A stretch of 64,000 nucleotides of DNA from Alphaproteobacteria bacterium (GCA_050175015.1 JBFXJJ010000006.1:32001-96000), one strand, 5' to 3'; counted from the first letter of the stretch, positions 1 to 10,740 are shown. Notes: generated by a model not told the origin, from the letters alone. Numbers and translations are program-made.

Positions 1-1239
1 TTTGATTCTAGTTGGTCTAATAAACACTTCTTTAGTATTATCAGGCATAGAACCAGCAATAATCGGTTCAGACAGCTCTCCGCCACAAATATCTAAGATA
101 AGCTTAGCCGCATATTCTGAGCCAGTCATTGTCGATTTAGGGTCAACCCATCTTTCAAAGCGATATCTTGAATCAGAAACGATTTGAAGCTTACGTCCCG
201 TATGAGCTATTTTAATTGGATCAAACAAAGCTGATTCTAGAAAAACATTTTCTGTTTCTTCTGTACAGCCTGTTGCTTGCCCGCCCATAATTCCGCCTAA
301 GGATTGAACTTCAGCATTATCACAAACCGCAATCATACTTTCATCTAAGTTATAAATCTGCTCGTCTAAAGCTTCTAATTTTTCACCTTTTTTTGCATAT
401 CTGATTTGAATATTGCCAACAAGTTTATCGGCATCAAATACATGTAAAGGACGGCATAAATCATAATTAATATAATTAGTAACATCAACTAAGGCCGATA
501 TTGGTCTAAGCCCAACAGCAGTTAGACGATCCTTAAGCCATTTAGGACTTTGAACATTTTTTACACCCTTAATATAACGACCTATGAATAAGGGACAAGC
601 GCTGTCATCACTTTCGAATTTAATTTCGACCCCGACAGGACTTGCAAAATTTCCCTTAACATCGCCGACATTAAGAGGTCTCAGCTTTCCTAAGCCCGCA
701 GCAGCCAGATCTCTAGCTATGCCTCTTACACCTAAACAATCGCCCCTATTAGGAGTTACAGAAACATCGAAAATCGGGTCAAAAGTAATTGCTTTATTAG
801 CCGCTTCACCAACAACCGCACTGGCTGGCAATTCAATAATACCATCATGACTATCACTTAAAAGAAGCTCTCTTTCCGAACAAAGCATACCTTGGCTTTC
901 TACTCCTCTTATTTTGCCTTTTTTTAATTTTTCGTTATAAACAGGAATAAGGGTTCCCTCTAGAGCCAAAACACTTTTAAGACCTAAACGACAGTTAGGA
1001 GCGCCGCAGACAATTTGAATTTTTTCTTTGCCACTGTCTACAACCAAGAGCTTAAGTCTATCGGCATCGGGGTGCTTTTCACATGAAATGACTTCGCCTA
1101 CAATAAAACCATCAAGATATTTAGAGTTATCAACCAAACTTTCGACTTCTAAACCTATAACATTAAGTTTTTCAGCTATTTCTTGGGCTGTAGCCGTTGT
1201 TTCTAAATGTTCTCTTAACCAAGAATAAGTAAATTTCAT
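1..1239 (-). CDS. pheT: Phenylalanine--tRNA ligase beta subunit (5' part; runs off window)
   Basis: Missing from ORF track; read by hand as MKFTYSWLREHLE..., with VTPNRGDCLGVRGIARDLAAAG and RFERWVDP motifs; ATG overlaps the pheS TGA. Confidence 0.97.
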   Translation of the reverse strand, partial: MKFTYSWLREHLETTATAQEIAEKLNVIGLEVESLVDNSKYLDGFIVGEVISCEKHPDADRLKLLVVDSGKEKIQIVCGAPNCRLGLKSVLALEGTLIPVYNEKLKKGKIRGVESQGMLCSERELLLSDSHDGIIELPASAVVGEAANKAITFDPIFDVSVTPNRGDCLGVRGIARDLAAAGLGKLRPLNVGDVKGNFASPVGVEIKFESDDSACPLFIGRYIKGVKNVQSPKWLKDRLTAVGLRPISALVDVTNYINYDLCRPLHVFDADKLVGNIQIRYAKKGEKLEALDEQIYNLDESMIAVCDNAEVQSLGGIMGGQATGCTEETENVFLESALFDPIKIAHTGRKLQIVSDSRYRFERWVDPKSTMTGSEYAAKLILDICGGELSEPIIAGSMPDNTKEVFIRPTRIK

Positions 1240-2339
1240 TTCGCAACTCCCTTAGTCATACTTAAACCACCTGCAACACTTGGAACATCTAACGGCAAAA
1301 AGCCATAATGATCTATCCACCTGATATCTGTGTCAAAAAACGTTCTTAAATCTGGAATGCCATATTTAAGCATAGCCAAACGATCAAGTCCTAACCCAAA
1401 GGCAAAACCTTGATACTCATTAGGGTCGATGCCGCAATTTTTTAAAACATTGGGGTGAACCATTCCGCAGCCTAGAATCTCAAGCCAGTCATCGCCTTCT
1501 CCAATTGCAATAGCCCCGTCCCTGCGAGAACATTTTACATCTAACTCGGCAGAAGGTTCTGTAAATGGGAAAAACGATGGTCTTAATCTAACGGGAACAT
1601 CATCAACCTCAAAAATAGTCTTAATGAACTCTAAAAGACACCCCTTTAGATGAGCCATTGTGGTATTTTTATCAATCACTAACCCTTCAACTTGATGAAA
1701 CATAGGTGTATGTGTCATATCAGAATCACAGCGATAAGTTCTTCCTGGAGCAATAATCTTAATTGGAGGTTTTACTGATGTCATTGTCCTAATTTGGACA
1801 GGTGATGTATGCGTACGCAAAAGTTTTGAAACGGCACCATCTTCAGAACCAGATAGATAAAAAGTATCATGCATCTGACGAGCTGGGTGAGCCTCAGGAA
1901 TGTTAAGTGCGGTAAAATTATGAAAATCATCTTCAATATCAGGACCTTCAGCAACAGCAAAACCCATTTCTGAAAAGACAGCAACAACTTCTTCATAAAT
2001 TTGTGTCGTTGGGTGGATTTTTCCTCTTTTTTCAAAGCGTGGCGGCAAAGAAACATCGATTCTTTCGTTAATTAATTTTTGATTAATCTCTTCTTTCTCG
2101 AGAATATTTTTTCTTTTTTCTATTTCCGCTGAAGCTTCATCTTTAATAATGTTCAGCTCTTTGCCTGCATTTTTTCTTTCTTCTGGTGCCATTCCAGCAA
2201 GATTTTTCATAAAATTAGTAATTATCCCTTTTTTGCCAAGAGTTGCAACTCTTGCCTCTTCCAATGTTTTGATATCATTAGCTTTAGAAATAATTTCTAT
2301 AATTTCTTTTCTTAGTTCTGTGAAGTTATCCATCTGCAT
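1236..2339 (-). CDS. pheS: Phenylalanine--tRNA ligase alpha subunit
   Basis: HPARQMHDTFY, LLRTHTSPVQIR, FPFTEPS, GFAFGLGLDRLAMLKYGI. Confidence 0.99.
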   Translation of the reverse strand: MQMDNFTELRKEIIEIISKANDIKTLEEARVATLGKKGIITNFMKNLAGMAPEERKNAGKELNIIKDEASAEIEKRKNILEKEEINQKLINERIDVSLPPRFEKRGKIHPTTQIYEEVVAVFSEMGFAVAEGPDIEDDFHNFTALNIPEAHPARQMHDTFYLSGSEDGAVSKLLRTHTSPVQIRTMTSVKPPIKIIAPGRTYRCDSDMTHTPMFHQVEGLVIDKNTTMAHLKGCLLEFIKTIFEVDDVPVRLRPSFFPFTEPSAELDVKCSRRDGAIAIGEGDDWLEILGCGMVHPNVLKNCGIDPNEYQGFAFGLGLDRLAMLKYGIPDLRTFFDTDIRWIDHYGFLPLDVPSVAGGLSMTKGVAK

Positions 2340-2377
2340 TAAAATCCTTCATTCCATCATTCCAACAAAATCATCTT

Positions 2378-2417
2378 AAAATAAAAGGGTCGCTTTATTA
2401 CTTGCGACCCCTTTATT
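2378..2417 (-). terminator. Intrinsic terminator-like hairpin after rplT
   Basis: Minus strand GGGTCGC-N12-GCGACCC followed by TTTTATTTT. Confidence 0.7.
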
Positions 2418-2439
2418 CGTTTCTTTGTGTTTTGTAACC

Positions 2440-2793
2440 TTAAAGAGCCGCTTTAACCTTTTCAACTATCTTTGCAAAAGATTCTGGTTCATGCATAGCA
2501 AGGCTTGCTAAAACTTTACGATCAAATTCTAAGCCAAGCTTGTTTAAACCATTTACAAATTTAGAATAGGTAAGCCCATAAAGGCGAACACCTGCATTAA
2601 TTCTTTGTATCCAAAGCGAACGGAAGTTACGCTTGTTGTTTTTGCGGTCTCTATAAGCATATTTTAAGCCTTTTTCAACCTTTTGAACGGATACACGAAA
2701 AACGTTTTTATTACGACCGATATAACCCTGGGCTCTATCTAATGTCTTTTTATGACGAGCGTGGCGCGTCAATCCTCTTTTTATTCTAGCCAT
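2440..2793 (-). CDS. rplT: 50S ribosomal protein L20
   Basis: [25 protein letters not shown]; follows rpmI. Confidence 0.99.
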   Translation of the reverse strand: MARIKRGLTRHARHKKTLDRAQGYIGRNKNVFRVSVQKVEKGLKYAYRDRKNNKRNFRSLWIQRINAGVRLYGLTYSKFVNGLNKLGLEFDRKVLASLAMHEPESFAKIVEKVKAAL

Positions 2794-2796
2794 TTC

Positions 2797-3003
2797 TTAC
2801 CTCTTAGCTGCATAGGGCATATGTTTAAGAATCGTGATTACATCAGAACTGCAAGCAACAACTGCGCCCCTTGCTTTTCTTTTCATGCTTTGAGATTTAA
2901 GACCAAGATGGTGTCGTTTTTTAGCAAAGCCACGTTTGACTTTACCTGTGCCTGTGAAGCTAAATCTTTTTTTAGCTGCACTTTTTGTTTTCATTTTGGG
3001 CAT
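2797..3003 (-). CDS. rpmI: 50S ribosomal protein L35
   Basis: [24 protein letters not shown]. Confidence 0.99.
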   Translation of the reverse strand: MPKMKTKSAAKKRFSFTGTGKVKRGFAKKRHHLGLKSQSMKRKARGAVVACSSDVITILKHMPYAAKR

Positions 3004-3042
3004 TTATATAAATCCTTATTTAGTAATTAAGTTTAATATTAA

Positions 3043-3085
3043 ATGTTTAGGCATGCCCCAAAGCTTTCGCTTTGGCCCACAACAT
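3043..3085 (-). promoter_or_regulatory. Candidate structured rpmI-rplT leader (possible L20 autoregulatory RNA)
   Basis: CCAAAGC-GAAA-GCTTTGG GNRA hairpin plus GGCATGCC inside an ATGTT/AACAT stem, 40 nt upstream of rpmI. Confidence 0.45.
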
Positions 3086-3196
3086 CAACCAAAAATCACA
3101 AATTTATTGTGATCGATAAGTTGTTATAATCTTTTATTTTTTAAAAATCAATATCAAAGATTAGAGCATTAATACGATTTTCAAACTTTTTAATCT

Positions 3197-3733
3197 TTAT
3201 TTAGGAGCAACAACCATCATCATCTGTTTGCCGTCTAACTTTGGTGAAGTTTCAATTTTGGCAACAGAACTGAGATCTTCTTTTAATTTTTCAAGAATAT
3301 CTTTTCCTAATTGAATGTTGGCCATTTCTCTGCCTCTAAATCGCATTGTAAACTTAACCTTATCCCCATCTTCTATGAATCTTTTTGCAGCCTTAAGCTT
3401 AACATCATAATCATGATCTTCGATTAGAGGTCTTATTTTCAATTCTTTAATATTAACTACTTTCTGCTTTTTCTTAGCATCAGCTTTTTTCTTCTGAGCT
3501 TCATACTTGTACTTACCGTAGTCAATAATCTTACAGACAGGCGGATCAACATTAGGTGAAACCTCAACTAAATCCAAGCCAGCCTCATAAGCTCTTTTAA
3601 TGGCTTCTTTTGTTGCTACCACACCTATATTTTCACCATTTTCATCAATAAGACGAACTGTTGCATTATTGATTTCTTCGTTTGCACGTGGTCCTTCTTT
3701 AGGAGGCAGTGCATTATTAGCTAAGTTTGATAT
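3197..3733 (-). CDS. infC: Translation initiation factor IF-3, non-canonical ATA start
   Basis: GLDLVEVSPNVDPPVCKIIDYGKYKY, GDKVKFTMRFRGRE; frame extends upstream of the called start (EGPRANEEINNATVRLID) to ATA preceded by AAGGAG. Confidence 0.95.
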   Translation of the reverse strand: MSNLANNALPPKEGPRANEEINNATVRLIDENGENIGVVATKEAIKRAYEAGLDLVEVSPNVDPPVCKIIDYGKYKYEAQKKKADAKKKQKVVNIKELKIRPLIEDHDYDVKLKAAKRFIEDGDKVKFTMRFRGREMANIQLGKDILEKLKEDLSSVAKIETSPKLDGKQMMMVVAPK

Positions 3734-3805
3734 GTATTTTTCTCCTTATATAAATTTACTAACTGCAATCATTTTTTCTTTAAACAAATTAAAGAAAACC
3801 AACAT

Positions 3806-5722
3806 TTAATCAATACTTGGCATCTTAGATTCATTTTTTAAAATTTCAACAATTTTATCAAGAGCAATAATTTCTTGGTTATCACCACCAAGGCGTCTTA
3901 AAGCTACCGTTCTATCTTCGGCTTCTTTGTTGCCAACAACCAAGATTAATGGAACTTTTGCTTTAGAGTGTTCTCTAATTTTATAGCCAACTTTTTCATT
4001 TCTTACATCGATATCAACTCTTAAGCCTTGCTTCTTAAGAATATCTCTAACCTCGTAAGCATAATCATCAACATTGTTAGTAATTGTTGTAACAACGGCT
4101 TGAACTGGAGATAACCACAGAGGAAATTTGCCAGCATAAAATTCAATCATCGTTCCAATAAAACGCTCAAGTGAGCCAAATAATGCTCTATGCAGCATAA
4201 CAGGACGGTGCTTTGCTCCATCTTCCCCAACATAACTAATATCAAAACGTTCAGGAAGGTTCAAATCTGCTTGCAATGTTCCAAGCTGCCATTCACGCCC
4301 CAATGCATCTTTAACTTTAAAGTCAAGTTTAGGTCCATAGAATGCTCCATCGCCTTCATTTATGGTATATTTATAGCCTAAATGAGTTAGAGAATCAGCC
4401 AAAGCATTCTCCAATTTATCCCACAAGCTATCATCACCAATTCTTTCAGCTGGACGGGTTGAAAGTTTAATTGCGACATCACCCAGACCAAAATCTTTAT
4501 AAATATCAAGCATTAATGTAATAACTTTTTGGCATTCTTCTTCCAACTGCTTCTCTGTGCAGAAAATATGGGCATCATCTTGAGTAAACGCACGAACACG
4601 CATCAAACCGTGCAAAGCTCCAGATGGTTCATAACGGTGAACTTTACCAAATTCTGCAATATAAAGAGGTAAATCACGATAGCTTTTTATTCCTTGCTTA
4701 TAGATTAAAAGACCGCCTGGACAGTTCATAGGTTTTACAGCAAAAACACGTTCTTCAATTTCTGTTGTAAACATATTTTCACGATACCAGTCCCAGTGTC
4801 CTGAAGTTTCCCAAAGGGTACGATCCATAATTTGCGGAGTGTTAACTTCGATATAACCTGCGGCAAGCTGTCTTTTTCTCATATATTCAATAAGAGTACA
4901 GAAAAGTGTCCAGCCTTTATGGTGCCAAAAAACATCTCCTGGAGCATATTGCTCAAAATGGAACAAATCCATTTCTTGTCCTAAACGACGATGATCTCTT
5001 TTTTCAGCTTCTTCCAAAATTGTAAGATATTGTTTTAATCTTTTTTTATCCTGCCAACAGGTGCCATATATTCTCTGAAGCATTTCATTATCAGAATTGC
5101 CGCGCCAATAAGCTCCAGCAACTTTCATAAGTTTAAACCCATCTCCTATTTTGCCCGTAGATGGCACGTGAGGACCTCGGCACAAATCAATAAAATCACC
5201 CTGACGATAAAGGCTTATGGTTTCACCAGCCGGAAGATCTTTTATGATTTCTGCTTTATAATTTTCACCTTTTTCTAAAAAGAATTTGACTGCCTCGTCT
5301 CTATCCCACTCTTCTCGAGTTATCTTTTCGTTTCTTCTAACGATTTCGGTCATCTTTGCTTCTATTTTTGTTAAATCATCGCTAGAAAAAGGCTCTTTCT
5401 TAGCAAAATCATAATAGAAACCATTATCAATTGCAGGGCCTATGGTAACTTGAACATCTTGGTAAAGTTCTTTTACTGCTTCAGCCATAATATGAGAGCA
5501 GCTATGACGTAGGATTTCCAAACCATCATCATCTTCAGCTGTTACAATAGTTACCTCGGCATTTTTTTCTATTTTAGTGGCTAAATCCTTTAATTTTCCA
5601 TCTAATTTAATAGCCAGAGCTTTTTTTGCCAGCCCCGAACTAATTTTTTCAGCCAATTCAAAACCCGTTACTGCCTCTGCAACTTCGAGTATTTTGCCAT
5701 CAGGTAATTTTATTGCTATCAT
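3806..5722 (-). CDS. thrS: Threonine--tRNA ligase
   Basis: TGS N-terminus, RHSCSH, DLCRGPH, KPMNCP, HRALFGSLERF. Confidence 0.99.
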   Translation of the reverse strand: MIAIKLPDGKILEVAEAVTGFELAEKISSGLAKKALAIKLDGKLKDLATKIEKNAEVTIVTAEDDDGLEILRHSCSHIMAEAVKELYQDVQVTIGPAIDNGFYYDFAKKEPFSSDDLTKIEAKMTEIVRRNEKITREEWDRDEAVKFFLEKGENYKAEIIKDLPAGETISLYRQGDFIDLCRGPHVPSTGKIGDGFKLMKVAGAYWRGNSDNEMLQRIYGTCWQDKKRLKQYLTILEEAEKRDHRRLGQEMDLFHFEQYAPGDVFWHHKGWTLFCTLIEYMRKRQLAAGYIEVNTPQIMDRTLWETSGHWDWYRENMFTTEIEERVFAVKPMNCPGGLLIYKQGIKSYRDLPLYIAEFGKVHRYEPSGALHGLMRVRAFTQDDAHIFCTEKQLEEECQKVITLMLDIYKDFGLGDVAIKLSTRPAERIGDDSLWDKLENALADSLTHLGYKYTINEGDGAFYGPKLDFKVKDALGREWQLGTLQADLNLPERFDISYVGEDGAKHRPVMLHRALFGSLERFIGTMIEFYAGKFPLWLSPVQAVVTTITNNVDDYAYEVRDILKKQGLRVDIDVRNEKVGYKIREHSKAKVPLILVVGNKEAEDRTVALRRLGGDNQEIIALDKIVEILKNESKMPSID

Positions 5723-5781
5723 CTTTAACCTTTTAATTTTAAGTTTTACTTTTCATATATTTAAGACGAAATTAGAATTAG

Positions 5782-6720
5782 TCAAGAAAAGCTAAAGTTT
5801 TTCTCTAAAAAATCATCAACTTCATCACAAGTTAAATTATTTAAATCGTCCTTTTGCATAATTTTTACATCACCATAAGGGCGGCATAAATCTGGATTAG
5901 AATTACTGGAAAACAAAACTAAACACGGCGTTTTTGCTGCCGCTATTAAATGCATAGGACCAGTATCATTGCCTACAGCCAAGACCGCTTCACGTGCTAG
6001 ATCTGCGATATCTTCAAATTTTGTTTTCCCCATTAAAGAAATCGCATCTGGGCATTCTTTAATAATTATATCAATCGACTCTCTTTCACTATCACCACCA
6101 ATAATGACAGGGACAATTGCTTTTTTTAAAAATCTTTTTGCTAATTCCGCATAATTTAAAGAAGTCCATCTTTTTTGCGGACGATGTTTGGCGCCGCCTG
6201 GTACAAGTAGGACATATGGTTTTTTTATATTAAAATCAGTTTTAACATCGGCTGTAAACCAAGAGATATCTGGAACTGGAACATTTTTTATTCCCGCCAT
6301 TTGCAACTGCTCTTTCTGCCTATCTACCGTATGCATAAAATCTCTTTTAGAATTACTATGAGGATATTTGCACCCCTTAGCAATTCCAGACCAATCTCCT
6401 TGAAACCCGAGCAATTTCGCAATATAGAAATAACGGTTCGTTCTTTTTGAGGTCTGCAAATCATAAACAATTTGATATTTTTTTATAATCTTTGCGGTTT
6501 TAAACCAGCCTTTTATATTGAACCACTTAGGACGTTCATCAATTACAATCTCATCAAACCACTTGCATTTTTTTGCCATTTCATAATATGGCTTTGTGGT
6601 CATTAAGGTTATGTGAGCTTGAGGAAATTGCTGCCTTATAGCCTTAAAAGGTCCTGTCGCCTGAATAAAATCTCCAAAAGCGCTTAATTTTATTATTAAA
6701 ATTTTTTCTTCAACGTTCAA
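5782..6720 (-). CDS. Glycosyltransferase family 9 (LPS heptosyltransferase-like)
   Basis: ILIIKLSAFGD, YDLQTS, VGNDTGPMHLIAA. Confidence 0.9.
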   Translation of the reverse strand: MNVEEKILIIKLSAFGDFIQATGPFKAIRQQFPQAHITLMTTKPYYEMAKKCKWFDEIVIDERPKWFNIKGWFKTAKIIKKYQIVYDLQTSKRTNRYFYIAKLLGFQGDWSGIAKGCKYPHSNSKRDFMHTVDRQKEQLQMAGIKNVPVPDISWFTADVKTDFNIKKPYVLLVPGGAKHRPQKRWTSLNYAELAKRFLKKAIVPVIIGGDSERESIDIIIKECPDAISLMGKTKFEDIADLAREAVLAVGNDTGPMHLIAAAKTPCLVLFSSNSNPDLCRPYGDVKIMQKDDLNNLTCDEVDDFLEKNFSFS

Positions 6721-6730
6721 CTTCGTTTCT

Positions 6731-7888
6731 CTAATTTTGAGCCGATTTTAAAATTTCCTGATAAACCGCAATTTCACCTTCACACATTTTTTTTGTTGAA
6801 AAGATCTCTTTAGCATTATTTATAGCACTTAGAGATATTTCTTTTCTTTTTGAGGAATCCATTGCAAAAATCTCTTTTATTTTTTCGGCCAAAGCTTCGG
6901 GATTAGCAGGAGGAACAAGAAAACCTGTTTTGCCGTCTTCTATAGTTTCACAAGCCCCGCCGTGAGCGCTCGCAATAACGATTTTGCCCATAGCTTGACC
7001 CTCGATAGCAACTCTGCCAAAGGCTTCCGGATCAGTTGAAGCCGAAACAACTATATTGGCAAGCATATAAGCCGCAGGCATATCATCACAATTATCTACG
7101 ATATGAAAAACGCCCTCTAAACCACGAGATTTAACTAAACGTTCAAGCTCTCTTCGATATGAGCGACGCCCCTGATCTGAGCCCAATAAGACACATCTAA
7201 AGTCCTTATTCTCCAACTTTGATACCGCATCAATCAGCACCCTTTGACCTTTCCACCTAGTAAGACGGCCTGGGAGCATAATAACGGGAGCATCTTCTGG
7301 AAGACGCCATCTTTTTGCCAGCCGAATCATTCTCTCGGCACTTACTCTGGAAATATCAAATTTATCAGTGTCAACACCACGATGGACAATCCTGATTAAA
7401 TCTTCTGAAATATTATAATTTTTCTTTATGTGTTCAGCGATAAATGAAGATATTGCAATAACCTTTTCGCCTTTGGTCATAACAGCGTTATACCGTTTTT
7501 TTATCCCCCAAGGACCTAAACCATAAGTTCCGTGAAAAGTCGTTATAAAATGAACTCCTGCTTCTTGGGCTGCCTTAAAAGCACTCCAAGCTGGAGCTCT
7601 GGAACGGGCGTGAACGATTCCAACCTTTTTCTCTTTAATGATTTCTACTAATTTTTGAGCGTTTTTATTAATTACCCAAGGCTTCTTTGTTTTAACAGGA
7701 AGAGTAATATGCTCAACTCCTATCCTGTCAAGTTCACGAACCATAGCACCGCCAGATGACACTACAATATTAGGCCAGCTCATTTTAGTAAGAGCCGTCG
7801 CAACTTCTATGGTTCCTCTTTCTACCCCGCCCGTCTCAAGTTCTGGCAGAATCTGCATTATTACTGGCATATCAACATTAGAATTCAT
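6731..7888 (-). CDS. Glycosyltransferase family 4
   Basis: GGVERGT, VHARSRAPAW, PGRLTRWKG, EAFGRVAIEGQAMG. Confidence 0.92.
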   Translation of the reverse strand: MNSNVDMPVIMQILPELETGGVERGTIEVATALTKMSWPNIVVSSGGAMVRELDRIGVEHITLPVKTKKPWVINKNAQKLVEIIKEKKVGIVHARSRAPAWSAFKAAQEAGVHFITTFHGTYGLGPWGIKKRYNAVMTKGEKVIAISSFIAEHIKKNYNISEDLIRIVHRGVDTDKFDISRVSAERMIRLAKRWRLPEDAPVIMLPGRLTRWKGQRVLIDAVSKLENKDFRCVLLGSDQGRRSYRRELERLVKSRGLEGVFHIVDNCDDMPAAYMLANIVVSASTDPEAFGRVAIEGQAMGKIVIASAHGGACETIEDGKTGFLVPPANPEALAEKIKEIFAMDSSKRKEISLSAINNAKEIFSTKKMCEGEIAVYQEILKSAQN

Positions 7889-7917
7889 TTTTTATATTCT
7901 TATATTACTTTTAAAAT

Positions 7918-8307
7918 CTATTTTATATTACTAGTGTAGTTAACGCTTTTATTTTGGACATAGCCCTTCTTTTTCATACAGCTTTTATACATTGTTGACG
8001 AGACCATATTGGATCTTTTGTCATAATTAACTGTTACAGCATCAGCTCCTTCATAAGGCACATAACTTGCCCAAATACCGTTAGAATCTTCCCATCTTGC
8101 TCTAAGCTCCAATCTTCTTTTTTCAAAAAGATCTTTTAATTTTGGAACCCGCCAAGGAAAAAAATCAGCCTTACGCATACAATACTGATGATCTTCGCCA
8201 AATTGATAAACTCCAGTTCCAGCTTTTTCCCAAACAAAAACTTTTTGACCTGAACAACCTGTCAAAATTAATAAAGCAATGGCTATAACTGAAACTCGCA
8301 GCATCAT
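7918..8307 (-). CDS. Hypothetical lipoprotein
   Basis: Hydrophobic leader with lipobox LTGC; two further Cys (D.QYC...CM..KGY). Confidence 0.7.
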   Translation of the reverse strand: MMLRVSVIAIALLILTGCSGQKVFVWEKAGTGVYQFGEDHQYCMRKADFFPWRVPKLKDLFEKRRLELRARWEDSNGIWASYVPYEGADAVTVNYDKRSNMVSSTMYKSCMKKKGYVQNKSVNYTSNIK

Positions 8308-8414
8308 AAAATTTATCCAAACCTCCACGCCACACGTTACAACAAAATATTGCGCCTTAACAACAATAAATAACAACTGTTAGTGTTTTTTTGTTTATAG
8401 TTTTGTTTTGTGAT

Positions 8415-9083
8415 TTAAAAATCTAAGTTTTCATAGTCTGGCTGAGGATCCAGCCCTACAATTTTATCTGATAAAACATCTCTAAATGTTGGTCTTGATT
8501 TAATCCTAGCATACCAATTTTTAGCTTCGATATGGTCATTCCAAGGAACATCTCCTAAATAATCAACAACAGATAAATGAGCCGCAGCAGCAATATCAGC
8601 AAGCGAGAACGATGTTCCCGCAATCCATCTTCTTCTTTCAATAAGCCATGAAATATAATCGAGATGGACATGAATGTTCTTTTTACCGGCAGCAATAAAT
8701 CGAGAATCGGGAGAGCCGCTTTTAGATAATCTTTTTATAAGTTTTTCACCAACTATATTTAAGAAAACTTCATTATAGAACTTACGATCGAACCAACTTA
8801 CGATGCGCCTTACTTCTGCACGCTCTAATGGATCAGAACCTATCAATTTTGTATCACCATACTGCTCATCTAAATATTCGCATATTGCATTATGGTCAGG
8901 AACAATAACCCCATTATCCTCTATTAAAACTGGCACCTCACCTGAAGGGTCCACTTTTAAAAACTCAATACTGCGGCGCCAAGGCTTTTGCTCAATCAAT
9001 GAAAAAACTTCTCTTTTTTCAGCAAGCATTATCCTTACTTTACGGCAAAAAGGCGACATACAATAGTGGTGAAGCTGCTTCAT
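8415..9083 (-). CDS. Glutathione S-transferase family protein (FzlA-like)
   Basis: SPFCRKVRIMLAEK, GEVPVL, SLADIAAAAHLSVVDYLGDVPW, WYARIKSRP. Confidence 0.88.
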   Translation of the reverse strand: MKQLHHYCMSPFCRKVRIMLAEKREVFSLIEQKPWRRSIEFLKVDPSGEVPVLIEDNGVIVPDHNAICEYLDEQYGDTKLIGSDPLERAEVRRIVSWFDRKFYNEVFLNIVGEKLIKRLSKSGSPDSRFIAAGKKNIHVHLDYISWLIERRRWIAGTSFSLADIAAAAHLSVVDYLGDVPWNDHIEAKNWYARIKSRPTFRDVLSDKIVGLDPQPDYENLDF

Positions 9084-9440
9084 AATAATCCTAAACTTTA
9101 ATGTCCTAGCATTTAATTAATATAATAAACAAAACTTTTGTATCAAGATAATGTTTCTATTATTTTTTTCCATTACCATTTTTTTCTTAAACCGTAAAAA
9201 ACATATCGATTCGAAAGAAAGCCTACTAAATATTTTTGTTTTTTGATGATTTAGCTAGCAAATTCTAAAAAAAATATTAAGCTATTGTTACTTTTTGATA
9301 AAGATTGCTTGCTAATCAAAGTTTTTTTATATAAAACCATATTCTTTAATGTTTTATAGCATATCTTAAATTTTGAATTTTCATAATCAAAGTTAAAGTT
9401 ATGCTGGTTGTGTTTAATATTTTTTTTAAGGATTTTAGCT

Positions 9441-9641
9441 ATGGCTGTTCCAAAGAAGAAAACTTCTAAATCTCGCAGAGATATGCGCAGATCTCATCAC
9501 GCACTTAAAGGCAACGCCTATATGGAATGCCCAAATTGCGGTGAACTAAAACGCCCTCACAACGTTTGCGGCGAATGTGGTCATTATAATGATAAAGAAG
9601 TGTTAAGAGTTACCATTTCTGAAGAAACTACTTCCGCTTAA
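9441..9641 (+). CDS. rpmF: 50S ribosomal protein L32 (Zn-ribbon type)
   Basis: [23 protein letters not shown]...CGEC. Confidence 0.98.
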   Translation: MAVPKKKTSKSRRDMRRSHHALKGNAYMECPNCGELKRPHNVCGECGHYNDKEVLRVTISEETTSA

Positions 9642-9695
9642 TTTAAAGTTGCTTTCGGAGCGCTTTAATTAAATAGTTTTGAGGAGATATCTGCA

Positions 9696-10730
9696 TTGCA
9701 GGAAAAACAAGTATTATCGATTGATGCTATGGGTGGGGATTTTGCTCCAAACATGGTAATTGGTGGTTTGTGTCTAATTCAAAAGGATTTTCCCGATTTT
9801 CATTTTTTACTTCACGGTGACGAAGCGAAAATTGCGCCTTTATTAGCAAAGAATCCACAATTGTTGTCAGCCTGCGAAATTAGACATACTCCAGATGTTA
9901 TTTCTAATGATTTAAAACCTTCTCAAGCCATTAGAACTGGCAGAAAAAGCAGTTTATGGCAAGCGATAGAAGCTGTTGAAAAAAAAGAAGCTGGTGCCGT
10001 AATTTCTGCTGGAAATACGGGTGCCTTGATGGCTATTTCTAAACTAGTACTTAAAACTATGCCTGGAATAAATCGCCCTGCTATAGTTGGTTTATTGCCA
10101 ACAACCAAAGGGCTTACCGTAATGCTTGATCTTGGAGGCAACACTGAATGTGATGCCGTAAATCTTGTACAGTTTGCCATTATGGGTGAAATTTTTTCAA
10201 GAGCCGTTTTAGGAACTAAACGTCCTAAAGTTGGGCTGCTTAATATTGGCTCCGAAGATATGAAGGGAAGAGAAGAAATCAAAGAGGCCGCAAAAATTTT
10301 AAAAGAAAGCCCTCTTGATTTGGATTTTTACGGTTTTATCGAAGGACATGACATTGGACAAGGAACAGTAGATGTTATTGTTACCGATGGTTTTTCTGGA
10401 AATATTGCATTAAAATCGATTGAAGGTACAGCAAAGCTGTTTGCTAACATTTTAAAAGAATCTGCGAAAAAAAGCTTTATTTCTAAATTAGGTTTCCTTA
10501 TTGCCTGCTCTGCAATTAAACATCTAAAGGAAAAAACCGATCCCCGTAAATATAATGGCGCAATGTTTGTCGGCTTAAATGGTATTTCCGTAAAGAGCCA
10601 CGGTGGAACAGATGCCTTTGGTTTTGCTAATGCCCTTAGGTCTACCATTAATTTAATGCGTCATGGCTTTAATGAACAAATAAAACAAGAATTAGAAAAC
10701 ATTAGCCTTTCTAATAAAACTCTTTCTTAG
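9696..10730 (+). CDS. plsX: Phosphate acyltransferase PlsX
   Basis: IDAMGGDFAP, SAGNTGA, VTDGFSGNIALK, VKSHGG. Confidence 0.98.
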   Translation: MQEKQVLSIDAMGGDFAPNMVIGGLCLIQKDFPDFHFLLHGDEAKIAPLLAKNPQLLSACEIRHTPDVISNDLKPSQAIRTGRKSSLWQAIEAVEKKEAGAVISAGNTGALMAISKLVLKTMPGINRPAIVGLLPTTKGLTVMLDLGGNTECDAVNLVQFAIMGEIFSRAVLGTKRPKVGLLNIGSEDMKGREEIKEAAKILKESPLDLDFYGFIEGHDIGQGTVDVIVTDGFSGNIALKSIEGTAKLFANILKESAKKSFISKLGFLIACSAIKHLKEKTDPRKYNGAMFVGLNGISVKSHGGTDAFGFANALRSTINLMRHGFNEQIKQELENISLSNKTLS

Positions 10731-10740
10731 GAAATGAAAA

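Noticed and set aside
2-1228. Short plus-strand ORFs in the track
   Set aside because: Antisense shadows of pheT; the same applies to most short ORFs overlapping long genes in this window
2340-2439. Possible pheM-type Phe leader before pheS
   Set aside because: No Phe-rich mini-ORF on the coding strand; only a terminator-like hairpin
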